Shown: positions 6,346-16,173 of the stretch, piece by piece | How the letters are laid out: each line of letters starts with the position of its first letter | Position numbering within the stretch: the first letter of the stretch is position 1 | Source of the DNA: Clostridia bacterium DTU022 | GTDB lineage: Bacteria > Bacillota > Dethiobacteria > DTU022 | NCBI GenBank assembly: GCA_001512835.1 | Contig: LFRQ01000106.1 | Span: 42,921-82,095 of the forward strand | DNA length: 39,175 bases | Reading direction: 5' to 3' | Position numbers and translations under genes: made by a program | The notes under the pieces: model-generated | Database searches by the model: none | What the model was told of the DNA's origin: nothing | The model's input: the letters and a program-made list of their open reading frames with translations, nothing else

Positions 6346-7328
6346 GGTTTATCGCCCCCCTCCGCCAGGTGGCAGGCCACCAGGTGACCAGGGGAGACCT
6401 CCCGAAGCAGCGGCTTCTCCTCCCGGCAGCGTTCGCCCGCCAGGGGGCAGCGGGGGTGGAAGCTGCAGCCCTCCCAGCTTTCCGCAGGATCCGGCGGCTC
6501 CCCCTTCAGCACAATGCGCCTCTTCGGCTTGCCGGGCTCCAGGGAGGGAACCGCTGAAATCAGGGCCCGGGTATAAGGGTGCAGGGTCCGGCGGAATAAT
6601 TCCTCCTGGGGAGCCTCTTCCACCAGACCTCCCCTGTACATCACCCCGATCCGGTCCGCAATATGCCTTACCATGCCCAGATCATGGGAGATAAAAAGGC
6701 AGGTCAGGCCAAAGCGCTCCCGCAGCTGCTCCAGGAGGTTAACGATCTGGGCCTGGACGGAAAGATCCAGCATGGCGATGGGTTCATCGGCTACGATAAA
6801 GGAGGGGTTCAGGATCAGGGCCCGGGCGATGACCACCCGCTGGCACTGCCCCGCGGACAACTCGTGGGGGTAGCGGTGGTAAATGCCGGCGGGAAGGCCG
6901 CAAATGGCCAGCATCTCCTCCGTCCGGCGGCGCTTCTCCCGGCCCCGGGCCAGGCCGTGAACCTCCAGGGCCTCGCCCACGGCTTCCCCGGCGGTCATCC
7001 GCGGGTTAAGGGAGCTGTAGGGATCCTGGAGGATGATCTGCATCTCCCGGCGCAGGCGGCGCAGGGCCTCCTTCTCCAGGGCAAATATGTCCCGGCCGTC
7101 AAAAAACACCCGGCCCCCGGTGGGCTGCTCCAGCTTGAGCATGGTTCGGCCCAGGGTGGACTTGCCACACCCGGATTCTCCCACCAGGCCGTAGGTCTCC
7201 CCCCGGTGGATAAAAAAGCTCACCCCGTCCACCGCCTTAACCCGCTCTCCCCTACCGGGCCCCAGGCCGGCAGAATTGAGATAATGCTTGGTCAGCTTCT
7301 CCACCCTGATTAGCGGCTCGGCGGGCAT
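6342..7328 (-). CDS. oppF: Oligopeptide/dipeptide ABC transporter ATP-binding subunit
   Basis: GESGCGKST, YPHELSAGQ, IVADEP, and C-terminal Cys cluster GCSFHPRC...C...VACH. Start set to the ATG overlapping the oppD stop (TAATG). Confidence 0.92.
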   Translation of the reverse strand: MPAEPLIRVEKLTKHYLNSAGLGPGRGERVKAVDGVSFFIHRGETYGLVGESGCGKSTLGRTMLKLEQPTGGRVFFDGRDIFALEKEALRRLRREMQIILQDPYSSLNPRMTAGEAVGEALEVHGLARGREKRRRTEEMLAICGLPAGIYHRYPHELSAGQCQRVVIARALILNPSFIVADEPIAMLDLSVQAQIVNLLEQLRERFGLTCLFISHDLGMVRHIADRIGVMYRGGLVEEAPQEELFRRTLHPYTRALISAVPSLEPGKPKRRIVLKGEPPDPAESWEGCSFHPRCPLAGERCREEKPLLREVSPGHLVACHLAEGGDKP

Positions 7329-8332
7329 TAACGGTCGCCTCCCCCGTCTTCTTGCTCCTCCGCGTACAGCCAACAGCTCACTCTTCGGCCGGGCTCCGGC
7401 TGGAGTTCCGGCGGGCTCTCCTGCCGGCAGATCTCCCGCCGCCGGTGGCAGCGGGGGTGGTAGAGGCAGCCCGGGGGCCGGTTGAGAAGGTCGGGCCCCT
7501 GTCCCGGGATGGGCTGCAGCGGCTTCCGCTCCCCCGCCAGCGCCGGCCGGGAAGCAATCAGCCCCCCGGTATAGGGGTGCAGCGGCCTTTTTAAAAGAGC
7601 CGCCGTCTCCGCCTCCTCCACAATTCTTCCGGCGTACATCACCGCCACCCGGTCGGCCATTTCGGCCACCACGCCCAAGTCGTGGGAAATCAGGATAAAG
7701 GCGGTATTGAAGCGGCGCTGCATCTCTTTCATCAACTCCAGGACCTGGGCCTGGATGGTAACATCCAGGGCGGTGGTGGGCTCATCGGCAATAATCAGCT
7801 TCGGCTTCCCGGAGAGGGCCATGGCGATCATGGCCCGCTGAAGCATCCCCCCGCTGAGCCGGTGCGGGTACTCCCGGGCCACCCGCTCCGGCCGGGGCAG
7901 CCCCACCAGCCGCAGCATCTCCACGGCCCGGGTCCGGGCCTCCTTTTTCGACAGCCCCCGGTGCAGCCTGAGGACCTCCTCCACCTGGCAGCCGATGGTG
8001 TAAACGGGGTTCAGAGCGCCGGCCGGTGCCTGGAAGATCATCGCCATCTCTCCGCCCCGGATCCGGCGCATCTCTTTCTCCCCCAGCCCCTGGAGCTCCC
8101 TCCCGTCAAAGAGGAGGGCCCGGGCTTCAACTTTGCCGGGGGGTTGGGGAAGCAGGCGGAGCAAGCTCAAAGAGGTCACGCTCTTCCCGGATCCCGACTC
8201 GCCCACCAGGCCCAGAACCTCCCCGGGCTTAACCCGGAAGGAGATGCCGTCCACGGCCGTCAGGCGGCCCTGAAAAGTATCAAAGGCAACTCGCAAATCC
8301 TCCACCTGCAGCAAGCAGTCCAGGGCCGTCAC
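7328..8332 (-). CDS. oppD: Oligopeptide/dipeptide ABC transporter ATP-binding subunit
   Basis: GESGSGKS, YPHRLSGGM, DEPTTALDVTIQAQ. Start is GTG at 8332 or CTG at 8323; the latter fits the RBS spacing better. Confidence 0.92.
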   Translation of the reverse strand: MTALDCLLQVEDLRVAFDTFQGRLTAVDGISFRVKPGEVLGLVGESGSGKSVTSLSLLRLLPQPPGKVEARALLFDGRELQGLGEKEMRRIRGGEMAMIFQAPAGALNPVYTIGCQVEEVLRLHRGLSKKEARTRAVEMLRLVGLPRPERVAREYPHRLSGGMLQRAMIAMALSGKPKLIIADEPTTALDVTIQAQVLELMKEMQRRFNTAFILISHDLGVVAEMADRVAVMYAGRIVEEAETAALLKRPLHPYTGGLIASRPALAGERKPLQPIPGQGPDLLNRPPGCLYHPRCHRRREICRQESPPELQPEPGRRVSCWLYAEEQEDGGGDR

Positions 8333-9240
8333 CTCCTTTGGCGGGGATCCAGGGCATCCCTCAGCCCGTCGCCGATGAGGTTGATGCTTAAAACCGCCAG
8401 GAAGATCATCAAGCCGGGAGGAAGCCAGATCCACCACCGGCTGGAGATTATCCGGATATTACGGGCCGCCTCCAGCATGTTCCCCCAGCTGGGCGTCGGC
8501 CGGGGGACTCCCATGCCCAGGAAGCTCAGCCCGGCTTCAATCAAGATGGCGCCGGCCATGGAAAAGGTGGCGCTGATCAAGAGGGGCGCCAGGGCGTTGG
8601 GCAGAAGGTGGCGGAAGATAATGCGCCCCTCCTTCAGGCCCAGGGAACGGGCGGCCAGGACAAAATTCGCCTCCTTGAGGCTAAGAAACTGCCCCCGAAC
8701 CAGGCGGCAGGTTTCCGTCCAGGAAAGCAGGCCGATGATCAGGATCGTATTGTAGACGCTGGGGCCGAAAACGGCGGCCGCGGTAAGAGCCAGGGCCAGG
8801 GAGGGAAAGGAGAGTACCGTATCCGCCAGGCGCATCACCAGGGTGTCCACAAATTTGCCGTAGTAGCCGGCCAGGGCGCCCAGAAGGATGCCGATAGACA
8901 ACTGCAGGGCCGTGGCTCCCAGCCCCACGGCCAGGGAGACCCGCCCCCCGTAAAGAAGCCTGGTTAGATTGTCCCGGCCCAGGCTGTCATTCCCCAGGGG
9001 ATGAGCCCTGCTGGGGGGAGCCTCTTTCAAGGAGAGGTACTGGTAGTCCCGCGGATGGGGGGCGATCACCGGGGCCAGCAGGGAGAGAAGAATAAGGGCC
9101 AGCAGGATGAAGAGGGCCGCCAGGGCGATCTTGTTGCGCTTGAAACGGCTCCAGACCGTCTTGAGCGGGCCGGGCCCCTCTTCTACCGGGAAACCCCAGG
9201 GCGGGGCGGTTGCAATGAAGCCGCCGCCGGTTCTTTTCAC
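8329..9240 (-). CDS. oppC: Oligopeptide ABC transporter permease
   Basis: HPLGNDSLGRD, EAA loop FVLAARSLG, HLLPNAL, PSWGNML, GDGLRDALDP. Confidence 0.93.
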   Translation of the reverse strand: MKRTGGGFIATAPPWGFPVEEGPGPLKTVWSRFKRNKIALAALFILLALILLSLLAPVIAPHPRDYQYLSLKEAPPSRAHPLGNDSLGRDNLTRLLYGGRVSLAVGLGATALQLSIGILLGALAGYYGKFVDTLVMRLADTVLSFPSLALALTAAAVFGPSVYNTILIIGLLSWTETCRLVRGQFLSLKEANFVLAARSLGLKEGRIIFRHLLPNALAPLLISATFSMAGAILIEAGLSFLGMGVPRPTPSWGNMLEAARNIRIISSRWWIWLPPGLMIFLAVLSINLIGDGLRDALDPRQRR

Positions 9241-9253
9241 GCTTGCTCCTCCT

Positions 9254-10222
9254 TTATCGATATCGGATCCGCGGGTCGGCTGCGGCGTAAAAGATATCCG
9301 CCAGCAGGTTGCCCAGGATTACCATCAGGGCCAGGAAAAGGTTGATCCCCATCAAGAGGGGATAATCAAGGGTTTGGACCGCCTCCAGGCTGAGAACACC
9401 CATGCCCGGCCAGGCAAAAACTATTTCCGTGAGGAGGGCGCCGGAAAAGAGCAGGGGGAGGCTCAGCCCCAGGATAGTGATCACCGGGATCAGGGCATTG
9501 CGCAGGGCATGCCGATAGATCACCACCCGCTGGGCCAGGCCTTTGGCCCTGGCCGTCCGGATGTAGTCCTGGCCCAGGACCTCCAGCATGCTGGAGCGGA
9601 TGAAGCGAACAAAACGGGCCGTTTCGGCACAGGCCAGGACGGAGACGGGAAGAACCAGGTGGTGGGCCAGGTCCAGGAGATAGCCCAGCCGGCTGCCGTG
9701 TTCCCTGCCGATATCCGTCATACCGCCCACGGGAAACCAGCCCAGGTCGAAGGCAAACAGCTTCACGGCGGCGATGCCCAGAAAAAACACCGGCACCGAT
9801 ACGGCGGCCATGGTCAGGAAAGTTACCAGGTAGTCGCCCCGGGAATACTGGTGCGTGGCCGAGTAGACCCCGATGGGGACGGCGACCAGGAAGCTTAAAG
9901 AGAGCGCGGTGAAAGTCAACAGCAAGGTGGGCCCGAGCCGGGCCCGAATCAGATCGGCCACGGAACGCCCGGAATAGCGAATGGAGTAGCCCAAGTTCCC
10001 CCGGGCCGTTTCCGAGAGCCAGGTCAGATAGCGCTGGAGCAGCGGCCGGTCCAGGCCCAGCTGCTTCTCCCGGGCCTCGATCTGCTCCCAGGTCATGTGC
10101 GGGCCAATCAAGTAGGAGAGAGAGCTGCCCGGAACGGCATTAATAATTAGAAAGACCAGGAAAGAGATCCCCACCAGAGTGGGGATAACCTGCAGCAGCC
10201 GCCGCGCCAGGTAATGCCTCAT
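9254..10222 (-). CDS. oppB: Oligopeptide ABC transporter permease
   Basis: YLARRLLQVIP, DYIRTARAKGL, HALRNALIP, DPRIR. Confidence 0.93.
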   Translation of the reverse strand: MRHYLARRLLQVIPTLVGISFLVFLIINAVPGSSLSYLIGPHMTWEQIEAREKQLGLDRPLLQRYLTWLSETARGNLGYSIRYSGRSVADLIRARLGPTLLLTFTALSLSFLVAVPIGVYSATHQYSRGDYLVTFLTMAAVSVPVFFLGIAAVKLFAFDLGWFPVGGMTDIGREHGSRLGYLLDLAHHLVLPVSVLACAETARFVRFIRSSMLEVLGQDYIRTARAKGLAQRVVIYRHALRNALIPVITILGLSLPLLFSGALLTEIVFAWPGMGVLSLEAVQTLDYPLLMGINLFLALMVILGNLLADIFYAAADPRIRYR

Positions 10223-10247
10223 AAGATCCTCTCCCGCCTAGCAAGGA

Positions 10248-10284
10248 AAGATGGCCCCGGGCCTTTCCCCTTCCGGGCCATCTT
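10248..10284 (-). other. Intercistronic hairpin between oppA and oppB (mRNA stabiliser or partial terminator)
   Basis: Inverted repeat AAGATGGCCC...GGGCCATCTT with no long U-tract. Confidence 0.55.
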
Positions 10285-10301
10285 GAAACTCCGGATACCG
10301 C

Positions 10302-11912
10302 CTACTCCAGATACCACTCCCACACGTTCCAATAAATATCAAAGGGATCGGGACGGAAGCCTTTAATCCTGGGGTTGGAAACCCAGGCTTCGTTTTCCGA
10401 GTAGAGCCATACATAGGGAGCTTCCTGGAGAAGCAGCTCCTGCCACTGGTAGTAAGCCGCCTTGCGCTCCTCCCGGTCCAGGACGGATCGCCCGGCGTAA
10501 ATCAGCCGGTCGTTCTCGGGGTGGTCAAAGCCCACGGCATTCAGCATATCGGTACTGAGCCAGATCCCCGAGGGATCGGGGTCAATATTCATCTTCCAGC
10601 CCAGGAGAAAGAGGTCGAAATCGCGCTCCCCGAAAATACGGGGTCCTACCACGGCCGGCTCCACCAGCTCTATTTGAATCTCAATGCCCAGCTCTTTGAG
10701 CATCTGCTGAATGATCTCCGCGTTCTGCAGCCGGTGGGCGGGACCTTTCACGCAGAGCAGGTCCAGCGCCAACTTCTGACCGTCCTTGTAACGGAAACCG
10801 TCGTCCCCCAGGGACCAGCCGGCTTCTTCCAGCAGCGCCTCGGCCTTCTTCCGGTCATAGGGAAGGGGCTCCAGGGAAGGGTTAAAAGCCCAGGACTGGG
10901 CGGGAATATGTCCTACCGGGACAATTCCGCGGCCGTCAAAGAGGGTCTCGATCATCGCTTCGCGATCCAGAGCGTGGGTAATGGCCAGGCGCACCCGCCG
11001 GTCGCTCAGGATTTGGTGCTTTAAATTCATTCCCATAAACTGGTACTGGCCGGAGGGAAACTCGGTCACCTTCAGGCCGTACTCTTCAAAGAGGGCCAGC
11101 TCCTCGTCATTGGGCTGAACCCAGGCAATATCCGAGGAGCCCGTCAGGATCTCGGCCAGGGCCACTTCCGGGCTGGCCACCTTGACAAAGATGCGCTCCA
11201 GGCGGGGGGCGCCCCGATGGTAGCGGTCATAGCGCTCCAGCTCGATAAACTGGCCTTCCACGTAGCGCACGAACTTGAAGGGACCCGCTCCCACCGGCTT
11301 GGCAATCGCCGGGTGCTGGTCCAGTTCCCCTACCGGAGTTCCTTCAAAAAGATGGCGGGGAGAAATCCCCCAAGTGGCGATGTTGGCCGGAGTGGGAGCA
11401 TCCACCTGGGTCAAGTGGAACCGGATCTCCCGCTCGTTGATAATTTCAATCCCGGAGAGTTCATCGGCCTCGCCGGAGTTATAAGCTTCGAAACCTTCGA
11501 TAAACTGCCACATGGAAGCGTTGGGACCGGTATAGTCGGGGTGGCACATCCATTCAAAGGTCCACTTTACGTCGGCCGTGGTAACTTTCGTTCCGTCATG
11601 AAAATAGATATCGTCCCTTAACTTGAAGTATATGGACTTGTTGTCCTGGCTCATCTCCATCTTTTCCGCCAGTTCCGGTACCAGGTTGTATTCATTATCG
11701 GGATCGTAGCGCATCAGCCCGGCAAATACGGGCGCATAGGCGTAGTAGTCATAAGTGCTGCTGGATAAATTGGGGTTAAAGATCCCGTCAGGTTCGCTCC
11801 AGAGAGCGATGATTACCCGGTCGTCCCCGGCGGCCTGCTGGTCGCAGCCGGCGAGGACAAAAGCTGCTAACGTCAGGAGAATTAACAATAAAGCCACACT
11901 TTTTTTTGACAT
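10302..11912 (-). CDS. oppA: Peptide ABC transporter substrate-binding lipoprotein (family 5)
   Basis: Lipobox VLAGC; FHDGTKVTTADVKWT, PVGAGPFKF, VRLAITHALDR. Confidence 0.93.
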   Translation of the reverse strand: MSKKSVALLLILLTLAAFVLAGCDQQAAGDDRVIIALWSEPDGIFNPNLSSSTYDYYAYAPVFAGLMRYDPDNEYNLVPELAEKMEMSQDNKSIYFKLRDDIYFHDGTKVTTADVKWTFEWMCHPDYTGPNASMWQFIEGFEAYNSGEADELSGIEIINEREIRFHLTQVDAPTPANIATWGISPRHLFEGTPVGELDQHPAIAKPVGAGPFKFVRYVEGQFIELERYDRYHRGAPRLERIFVKVASPEVALAEILTGSSDIAWVQPNDEELALFEEYGLKVTEFPSGQYQFMGMNLKHQILSDRRVRLAITHALDREAMIETLFDGRGIVPVGHIPAQSWAFNPSLEPLPYDRKKAEALLEEAGWSLGDDGFRYKDGQKLALDLLCVKGPAHRLQNAEIIQQMLKELGIEIQIELVEPAVVGPRIFGERDFDLFLLGWKMNIDPDPSGIWLSTDMLNAVGFDHPENDRLIYAGRSVLDREERKAAYYQWQELLLQEAPYVWLYSENEAWVSNPRIKGFRPDPFDIYWNVWEWYLE

Positions 11913-12138
11913 TCGTCACTTTTTCCCCCTTTTTTACTACGATTCAACCGGGTTCAATTTTCTGTTTTAATAGTAAAATACTGCTGATTATTAACTCTGT
12001 TTCATTATTTTACATGCTTCGCTGCCTATATACATAATTCCTTCTATTATTGGCGGGTATTAAATCAATTCAATCATTTTAATATAGATGACTGGGACGA
12101 GAAAAGGAGTAAAATAGATCATGATGTTGGGCAATTGG

Positions 12139-12167
12139 GAAAGCCGCCTGAATTGCAGGCGGCTTTC
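12139..12167 (-). terminator. Hairpin downstream of msrAB, probable terminator
   Basis: 12-bp stem GAAAGCCGCCTG-N5-CAGGCGGCTTTC; short U-tract. Confidence 0.55.
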
Positions 12168-12280
12168 AAGCATAGCCGGCCAAACGGACGGCCATGCCGA
12201 TGGCGGGCGAACGGCCCTCCTTCTCCGGACGGGAGCGGCCTTCCTGGAACTTCTCCGGATCAATAAAGAGAGGCGGCAGC

Positions 12281-13291
12281 CTAGCCTTCTTTCTTCGGCC
12301 GCTTTTCCTGGAACAGCTCTCGGTAGCGGCCGTAGCCTTCCTTTTCCAGATCTTCCACGGGTATGAAGCGCAGGGCTGCCGAATTGATGCAGTAGCGCCT
12401 GCCCGTGGGGGCCGCCTCATCCTGGAAGACGTGCCCCAGGTGGGAATCGCCTCTCAAGCTCCGCACCTCGGTCCGGGGCGCAGCCAGGCTCAGGTCGGGC
12501 TTCTCCACCAGGTTTTCCGGGTGCAGGGGTTCGCTGAAGCTGGGCCAGCCGTGCCCGGAATCGTACTGGCTGAGGGTGCTGAAAAGGGGTTCTCCCGAAA
12601 CAATATCCACGTAGATTCCTTCCCGCCGGTTGTTCCAGTACTCGTTGGCGAAGGGGGGCTCGGTGGCGTTCAACTGGGTAACGGCATACTGCAGCGGGGT
12701 GAGTTCCTTGAAGCACCGGGCCCGGTCCCCCTTTTCCCCCCAGTGTTTTTGGATAAAGGCCTCCCGCCCCGACCCCTGCCGGTAGCGGCGGTACTGTTCC
12801 GGATTCTTGCGGTAAAAGGCCTGGTGATACTCCTCCGCCGGGTAGAAGTCCCCCGCCGGCAGTATGGCGGTAACTATGGGGCGGTCAAACCTGCCGGAGG
12901 CGGCCAGGGCCTCCTTGGAGGCTTCCGCCTTCTCCCGCTGCTCCCGGTCATGATAGAAAATGGCGGTGCGGTAAGGGTCCCCCCGATCGCTAAATTGTCC
13001 CCCGGGATCCGTGGGATCTATCTGGCGCCAGAAGACCTCCAGAAGCCGGTCATAGGCTACCCGCCCGGGATCATAAGTTATCTGGACCGCTTCGTAGTGG
13101 CCCGTGGTTTTGGAGGCCACCTCCCGGTAGCTGGGGTCTTTTTTGTGGCCCCCGGTATATCCGGCAACAACCTTAACTACTCCCGGTATGCTTTCAAAAG
13201 GAGCCACCATGCACCAGAAGCAGCCGCCGGCAAAGGTGGCCTGTTTATATGCGGGCAACGGGCTCACCTCCGAGTCATTATGGCCGGGCAT
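12281..13291 (-). CDS. msrAB: Bifunctional peptide-methionine sulfoxide reductase MsrA/MsrB
   Basis: MsrA motifs [22 protein letters not shown]. MsrB motifs [24 protein letters not shown]. Exact start uncertain. Confidence 0.95.
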   Translation of the reverse strand: MPGHNDSEVSPLPAYKQATFAGGCFWCMVAPFESIPGVVKVVAGYTGGHKKDPSYREVASKTTGHYEAVQITYDPGRVAYDRLLEVFWRQIDPTDPGGQFSDRGDPYRTAIFYHDREQREKAEASKEALAASGRFDRPIVTAILPAGDFYPAEEYHQAFYRKNPEQYRRYRQGSGREAFIQKHWGEKGDRARCFKELTPLQYAVTQLNATEPPFANEYWNNRREGIYVDIVSGEPLFSTLSQYDSGHGWPSFSEPLHPENLVEKPDLSLAAPRTEVRSLRGDSHLGHVFQDEAAPTGRRYCINSAALRFIPVEDLEKEGYGRYRELFQEKRPKKEG

Positions 13292-13419
13292 GCCTGCCCG
13301 GGCTGACTTTAATATGGCCGACGGGCGGCCAATTATACCCGGGGACCGCCGCCGCGCCGGCTGCCCCGCACGGAACGGATTCTTGCCGCCGGCGGTTTGC
13401 AGGCCGGGAAGCGACCTCC

Positions 13420-13464
13420 CCCTTTGCCGCCCGCCCTTTGACGCCGCCCTTTGACGCCCCCTTT
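13420..13464. repeat. Short imperfect tandem repeats CCCTTTG(A/C)CGCC, period ~13 bp
   Basis: Three copies plus a partial one in the divergent msrAB / hypothetical intergenic region. Confidence 0.55.
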
Positions 13465-13570
13465 ACCACCCCCGGGCGGCTCCTTACTTTTTTTGCGTCC
13501 CGGCAGGATTTTATGTAAAAACCGTGGAAACTTAACAAAGCTTTCGACGCCCATTGGAAGGGAAAAAAAT

Positions 13571-14944
13571 ATGGAGGAAACACAGGTATACTTCTCCGGT
13601 GAAGCTTCCTACAAACGACTGGGAGCCGACAACACCCCCGCTGCGGAAGGAAAGGGCCGGATTTTCCTGGAGCAGGAACACTTCTTCCTCCAGGGGGAAA
13701 AGGGCGAGCATTTGCGCCTTCCCTACCGCAACATAATCGAGACTGAACACAGCGACTACCGGGTTGCCCTCGGGCTTTCCTCGGGAGAGCGGCTGGTCCT
13801 GGAGCGCCTGGGCTACGGCTATGAAGATTTCCTGCGCCTGCTCTTTAAGCTGCGCGGAGAAATGCTGCTTCAGGACATGCTGATGCACGAAAAAGTAAGG
13901 GACCACGGCTTCGAAGCCGCCTACAGCCGTCATGACCGGAACGGGAATCTCCTGGAAGAAGGCCGCTGCGAACCTCGCCTTTACCAGACCGCCCTGGTGA
14001 TCATACCGGAGAAAAGCGACCCCGTGCGCATACCCGCCGGCGAAATAATTTCCCTACAGGATGACCAGTACCGGATTGCCATCGCCACCGATTACGGGGA
14101 AAAGTTTACCTTCTCCAAAATGGGCTACCAGCGGGAGGGTTTCAAGGAGGCTTTGGCCTCCCTGCTCCACGAGCTGGAACAGGAAGCCTTCCTCCTGGTC
14201 CGGGAACTCCTGCCCCTGGCGGAACCGGACCAGTTGGCCCGGGTAGCCAGGCTGATGCGCGATGGGAGAGCGGCTTTGCGGAGCGAGATTGAAGCCGTCT
14301 CTCCCGAGCTGTGGGACCAGTTGGAAAAACAGCTGGAGAGCTCCCCCGCCTCCGCTGAATATAAATATTTAAAGAGCCTATCCTCGTCCCGGCAGGGAGC
14401 CGTGGGCATTAAGCGGGGTCTTATGGGCGAGCTTACGGGCACCTATATCTGGTTCCTGGTACCCCTCTGCTCCGCCGACCCGCAAAAGCCGGGCAACGCC
14501 GTCGCCCTGGAATCCTTCTCCGACACCGGCAGCGGGCGGGCTACATACTTTTTCCGTCTCTTCAGCCGGAAGGCTTACGCGGCAGGCTTCAAGAGCGAGG
14601 GGGAGATGGAAGGGGAGGTGGAGCAGATCCTCCGGCAAATAAATCACTGCATGCTGGCGGTGAATTTCCGCCGGGAGCCCATCTACCTCTCCTGGGAAAA
14701 GCTCCGCCAGCCCCGCTACGTGCACTACCTTTACGCCCTGCAGCGGCTGCCCGCCCTGCGGAAGCTGCGGGAACTGTATATCGGCCGGGTTATGCATAAA
14801 TCCCCCGAGCAGTGGCGCCGGGACGTGGAGGAGCTGCTCGCCTTTAACATCGCCACCCCGGAGGATGACGCGCGCTGGCGGGAAGAGGCCGACGGGGAAG
14901 AGGAGGAGTCTTTTGAAGACCGGGGGGGAATAACCGCCGGTTAA
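13571..14944 (+). CDS. Conserved hypothetical protein, possibly with tandem PH-like beta-rich domains
   Basis: Long ORF, start set at ATG 13571 (MEETQVYF). Two similar N-terminal segments (LRLPYRNII...YRVALGLSSGERLVLERLGY and VRIPAGEII...YRIAIATDYGEKFTFSKMGY). Confidence 0.8.
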   Translation: MEETQVYFSGEASYKRLGADNTPAAEGKGRIFLEQEHFFLQGEKGEHLRLPYRNIIETEHSDYRVALGLSSGERLVLERLGYGYEDFLRLLFKLRGEMLLQDMLMHEKVRDHGFEAAYSRHDRNGNLLEEGRCEPRLYQTALVIIPEKSDPVRIPAGEIISLQDDQYRIAIATDYGEKFTFSKMGYQREGFKEALASLLHELEQEAFLLVRELLPLAEPDQLARVARLMRDGRAALRSEIEAVSPELWDQLEKQLESSPASAEYKYLKSLSSSRQGAVGIKRGLMGELTGTYIWFLVPLCSADPQKPGNAVALESFSDTGSGRATYFFRLFSRKAYAAGFKSEGEMEGEVEQILRQINHCMLAVNFRREPIYLSWEKLRQPRYVHYLYALQRLPALRKLRELYIGRVMHKSPEQWRRDVEELLAFNIATPEDDARWREEADGEEEESFEDRGGITAG

Positions 14945-15026
14945 AGGCGGTCCCTCTTTAACTGATAAGCCGGTCAGCAGGAGGCCCGATTTCAGCAGTT
15001 ATTCTATCAGCAAAGGAGGTCATCAC

Positions 15027-15353
15027 TTGCCGGGATACATGATTCCCTGCCGCTATTGCCAGCAGCTGGTTCCTCCCGACGCCAATACCTGTCCGGCCTG
15101 CGGCAAGGTCAACCCCGTTCAGGCCCGTTGTCCCAAGTGCGCCCATCCCATCCGCAAAGGCTGGGTGGCCTGCAGTTCCTGTGGTCTCTCCCTGGAAATA
15201 ACCTGCCCCTTCTGCGGGCAGAAAACCTTCTTTTCCGACTACTGCGAGCACTGCGACCGCCGTCTGGTGGTTACTTGTCCCCACCGCAAGTGCCGCACTG
15301 AACAGCCTCCCCTGGGGGACAAGTGCATCAAGTGCGGCCGGGCGCTGGGCTAA
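15027..15353 (+). CDS. Multi zinc-ribbon (double zinc ribbon-like) protein
   Basis: Eight CxxC-type pairs in 108 aa; AAGGAGG RBS before TTG. Confidence 0.88.
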   Translation: MPGYMIPCRYCQQLVPPDANTCPACGKVNPVQARCPKCAHPIRKGWVACSSCGLSLEITCPFCGQKTFFSDYCEHCDRRLVVTCPHRKCRTEQPPLGDKCIKCGRALG

Positions 15354-15382
15354 TCCATGATAAGGGAGTGAAAAAGACGAGC

Positions 15383-16042
15383 ATGCAGCCCTTTACCGAC
15401 AATTTTGAGGATAACAGCACGGAGGCGGGATTCCAGTTTACCTTCTACTGCGATCTCTGCCAGGAGGGTTACAAAACCAAGTTTATTGAGTCAAAAACCT
15501 ATAAAAAGGGCCGCCTTTTTAGAAACCTCGGCGGCATTGTAAGCACTGTATCGTCGCTGACGGGGAGATACAACCTGGGCGGCACCCTGGAAAGAGGCGC
15601 CGATATTCTCAGCGAAAGATTTCACGGGATGTCCCCCGATTGGCATAAGGAACATGAAGCCGCCTTCGCCTTGGCCCAAAACGAAGCCAAAGGCCGCTTC
15701 CATCGCTGTCCCAAGTGCCGCAAGTGGGTCTGCCCCAACGATTGGAATGAACAGGAGGGCCTCTGCGTAGAGTGCGCTCCCCGGGTCAACGTGGAGATAG
15801 CCTCGGCCAAGGCGCAGCGGATGGTAGAGGAGATCCAGGAGGAAGCCTCCAAGGCAAAGGTTTTCCACGGCAAGATCGAGAGCAAGCAGACCCTGTGCCC
15901 TCAATGCGGCAAGCCGGCGGGGGAAGGGAAGTTCTGCATCAACTGCGGCGCCTCATTGCAAATGGTGGAGTGCGAGCGCTGCGGAGCCCGGAATGCTCAC
16001 GAAGCCCGCTTCTGCGGGGAATGCGGCAACAGGCTGGCTTAG
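15383..16042 (+). CDS. Zinc-ribbon domain protein
   Basis: FTDNFEDNSTEAGFQFTFYCDLC, CPKCRKWVC, and C-terminal double zinc ribbon CPQCG...FCINCG...CERCG...FCGECG. Start is ATG 15383 or GTG 15368. Confidence 0.85.
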   Translation: MQPFTDNFEDNSTEAGFQFTFYCDLCQEGYKTKFIESKTYKKGRLFRNLGGIVSTVSSLTGRYNLGGTLERGADILSERFHGMSPDWHKEHEAAFALAQNEAKGRFHRCPKCRKWVCPNDWNEQEGLCVECAPRVNVEIASAKAQRMVEEIQEEASKAKVFHGKIESKQTLCPQCGKPAGEGKFCINCGASLQMVECERCGARNAHEARFCGECGNRLA

Positions 16043-16116
16043 CTCCGCAGACTGCGCCGTCCTCCTTCCCCGTCGAAAGGAGAAGGCGGCAGCAAGTTGC
16101 TTCTCGGCTTCCAATT

Positions 16117-16159
16117 AAAAACAAAGCCCCGGCCTGTTTAGAGCCGGGGCTCCGTTTTT
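16117..16159. terminator. Probable bidirectional terminator between convergent genes
   Basis: AGCCCCGGC-N9-GCCGGGGCT flanked by A-rich and T-rich tracts. Confidence 0.7.
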
Positions 16160-16173
16160 CCGCCGAGTCCCAA

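Noticed and set aside
12281-12720. MsrB reads DSGHGWPSF rather than DSGCGWPSF
   Set aside because: MsrB enzymes lacking the resolving Cys are common, and the catalytic RYCIN motif is intact.
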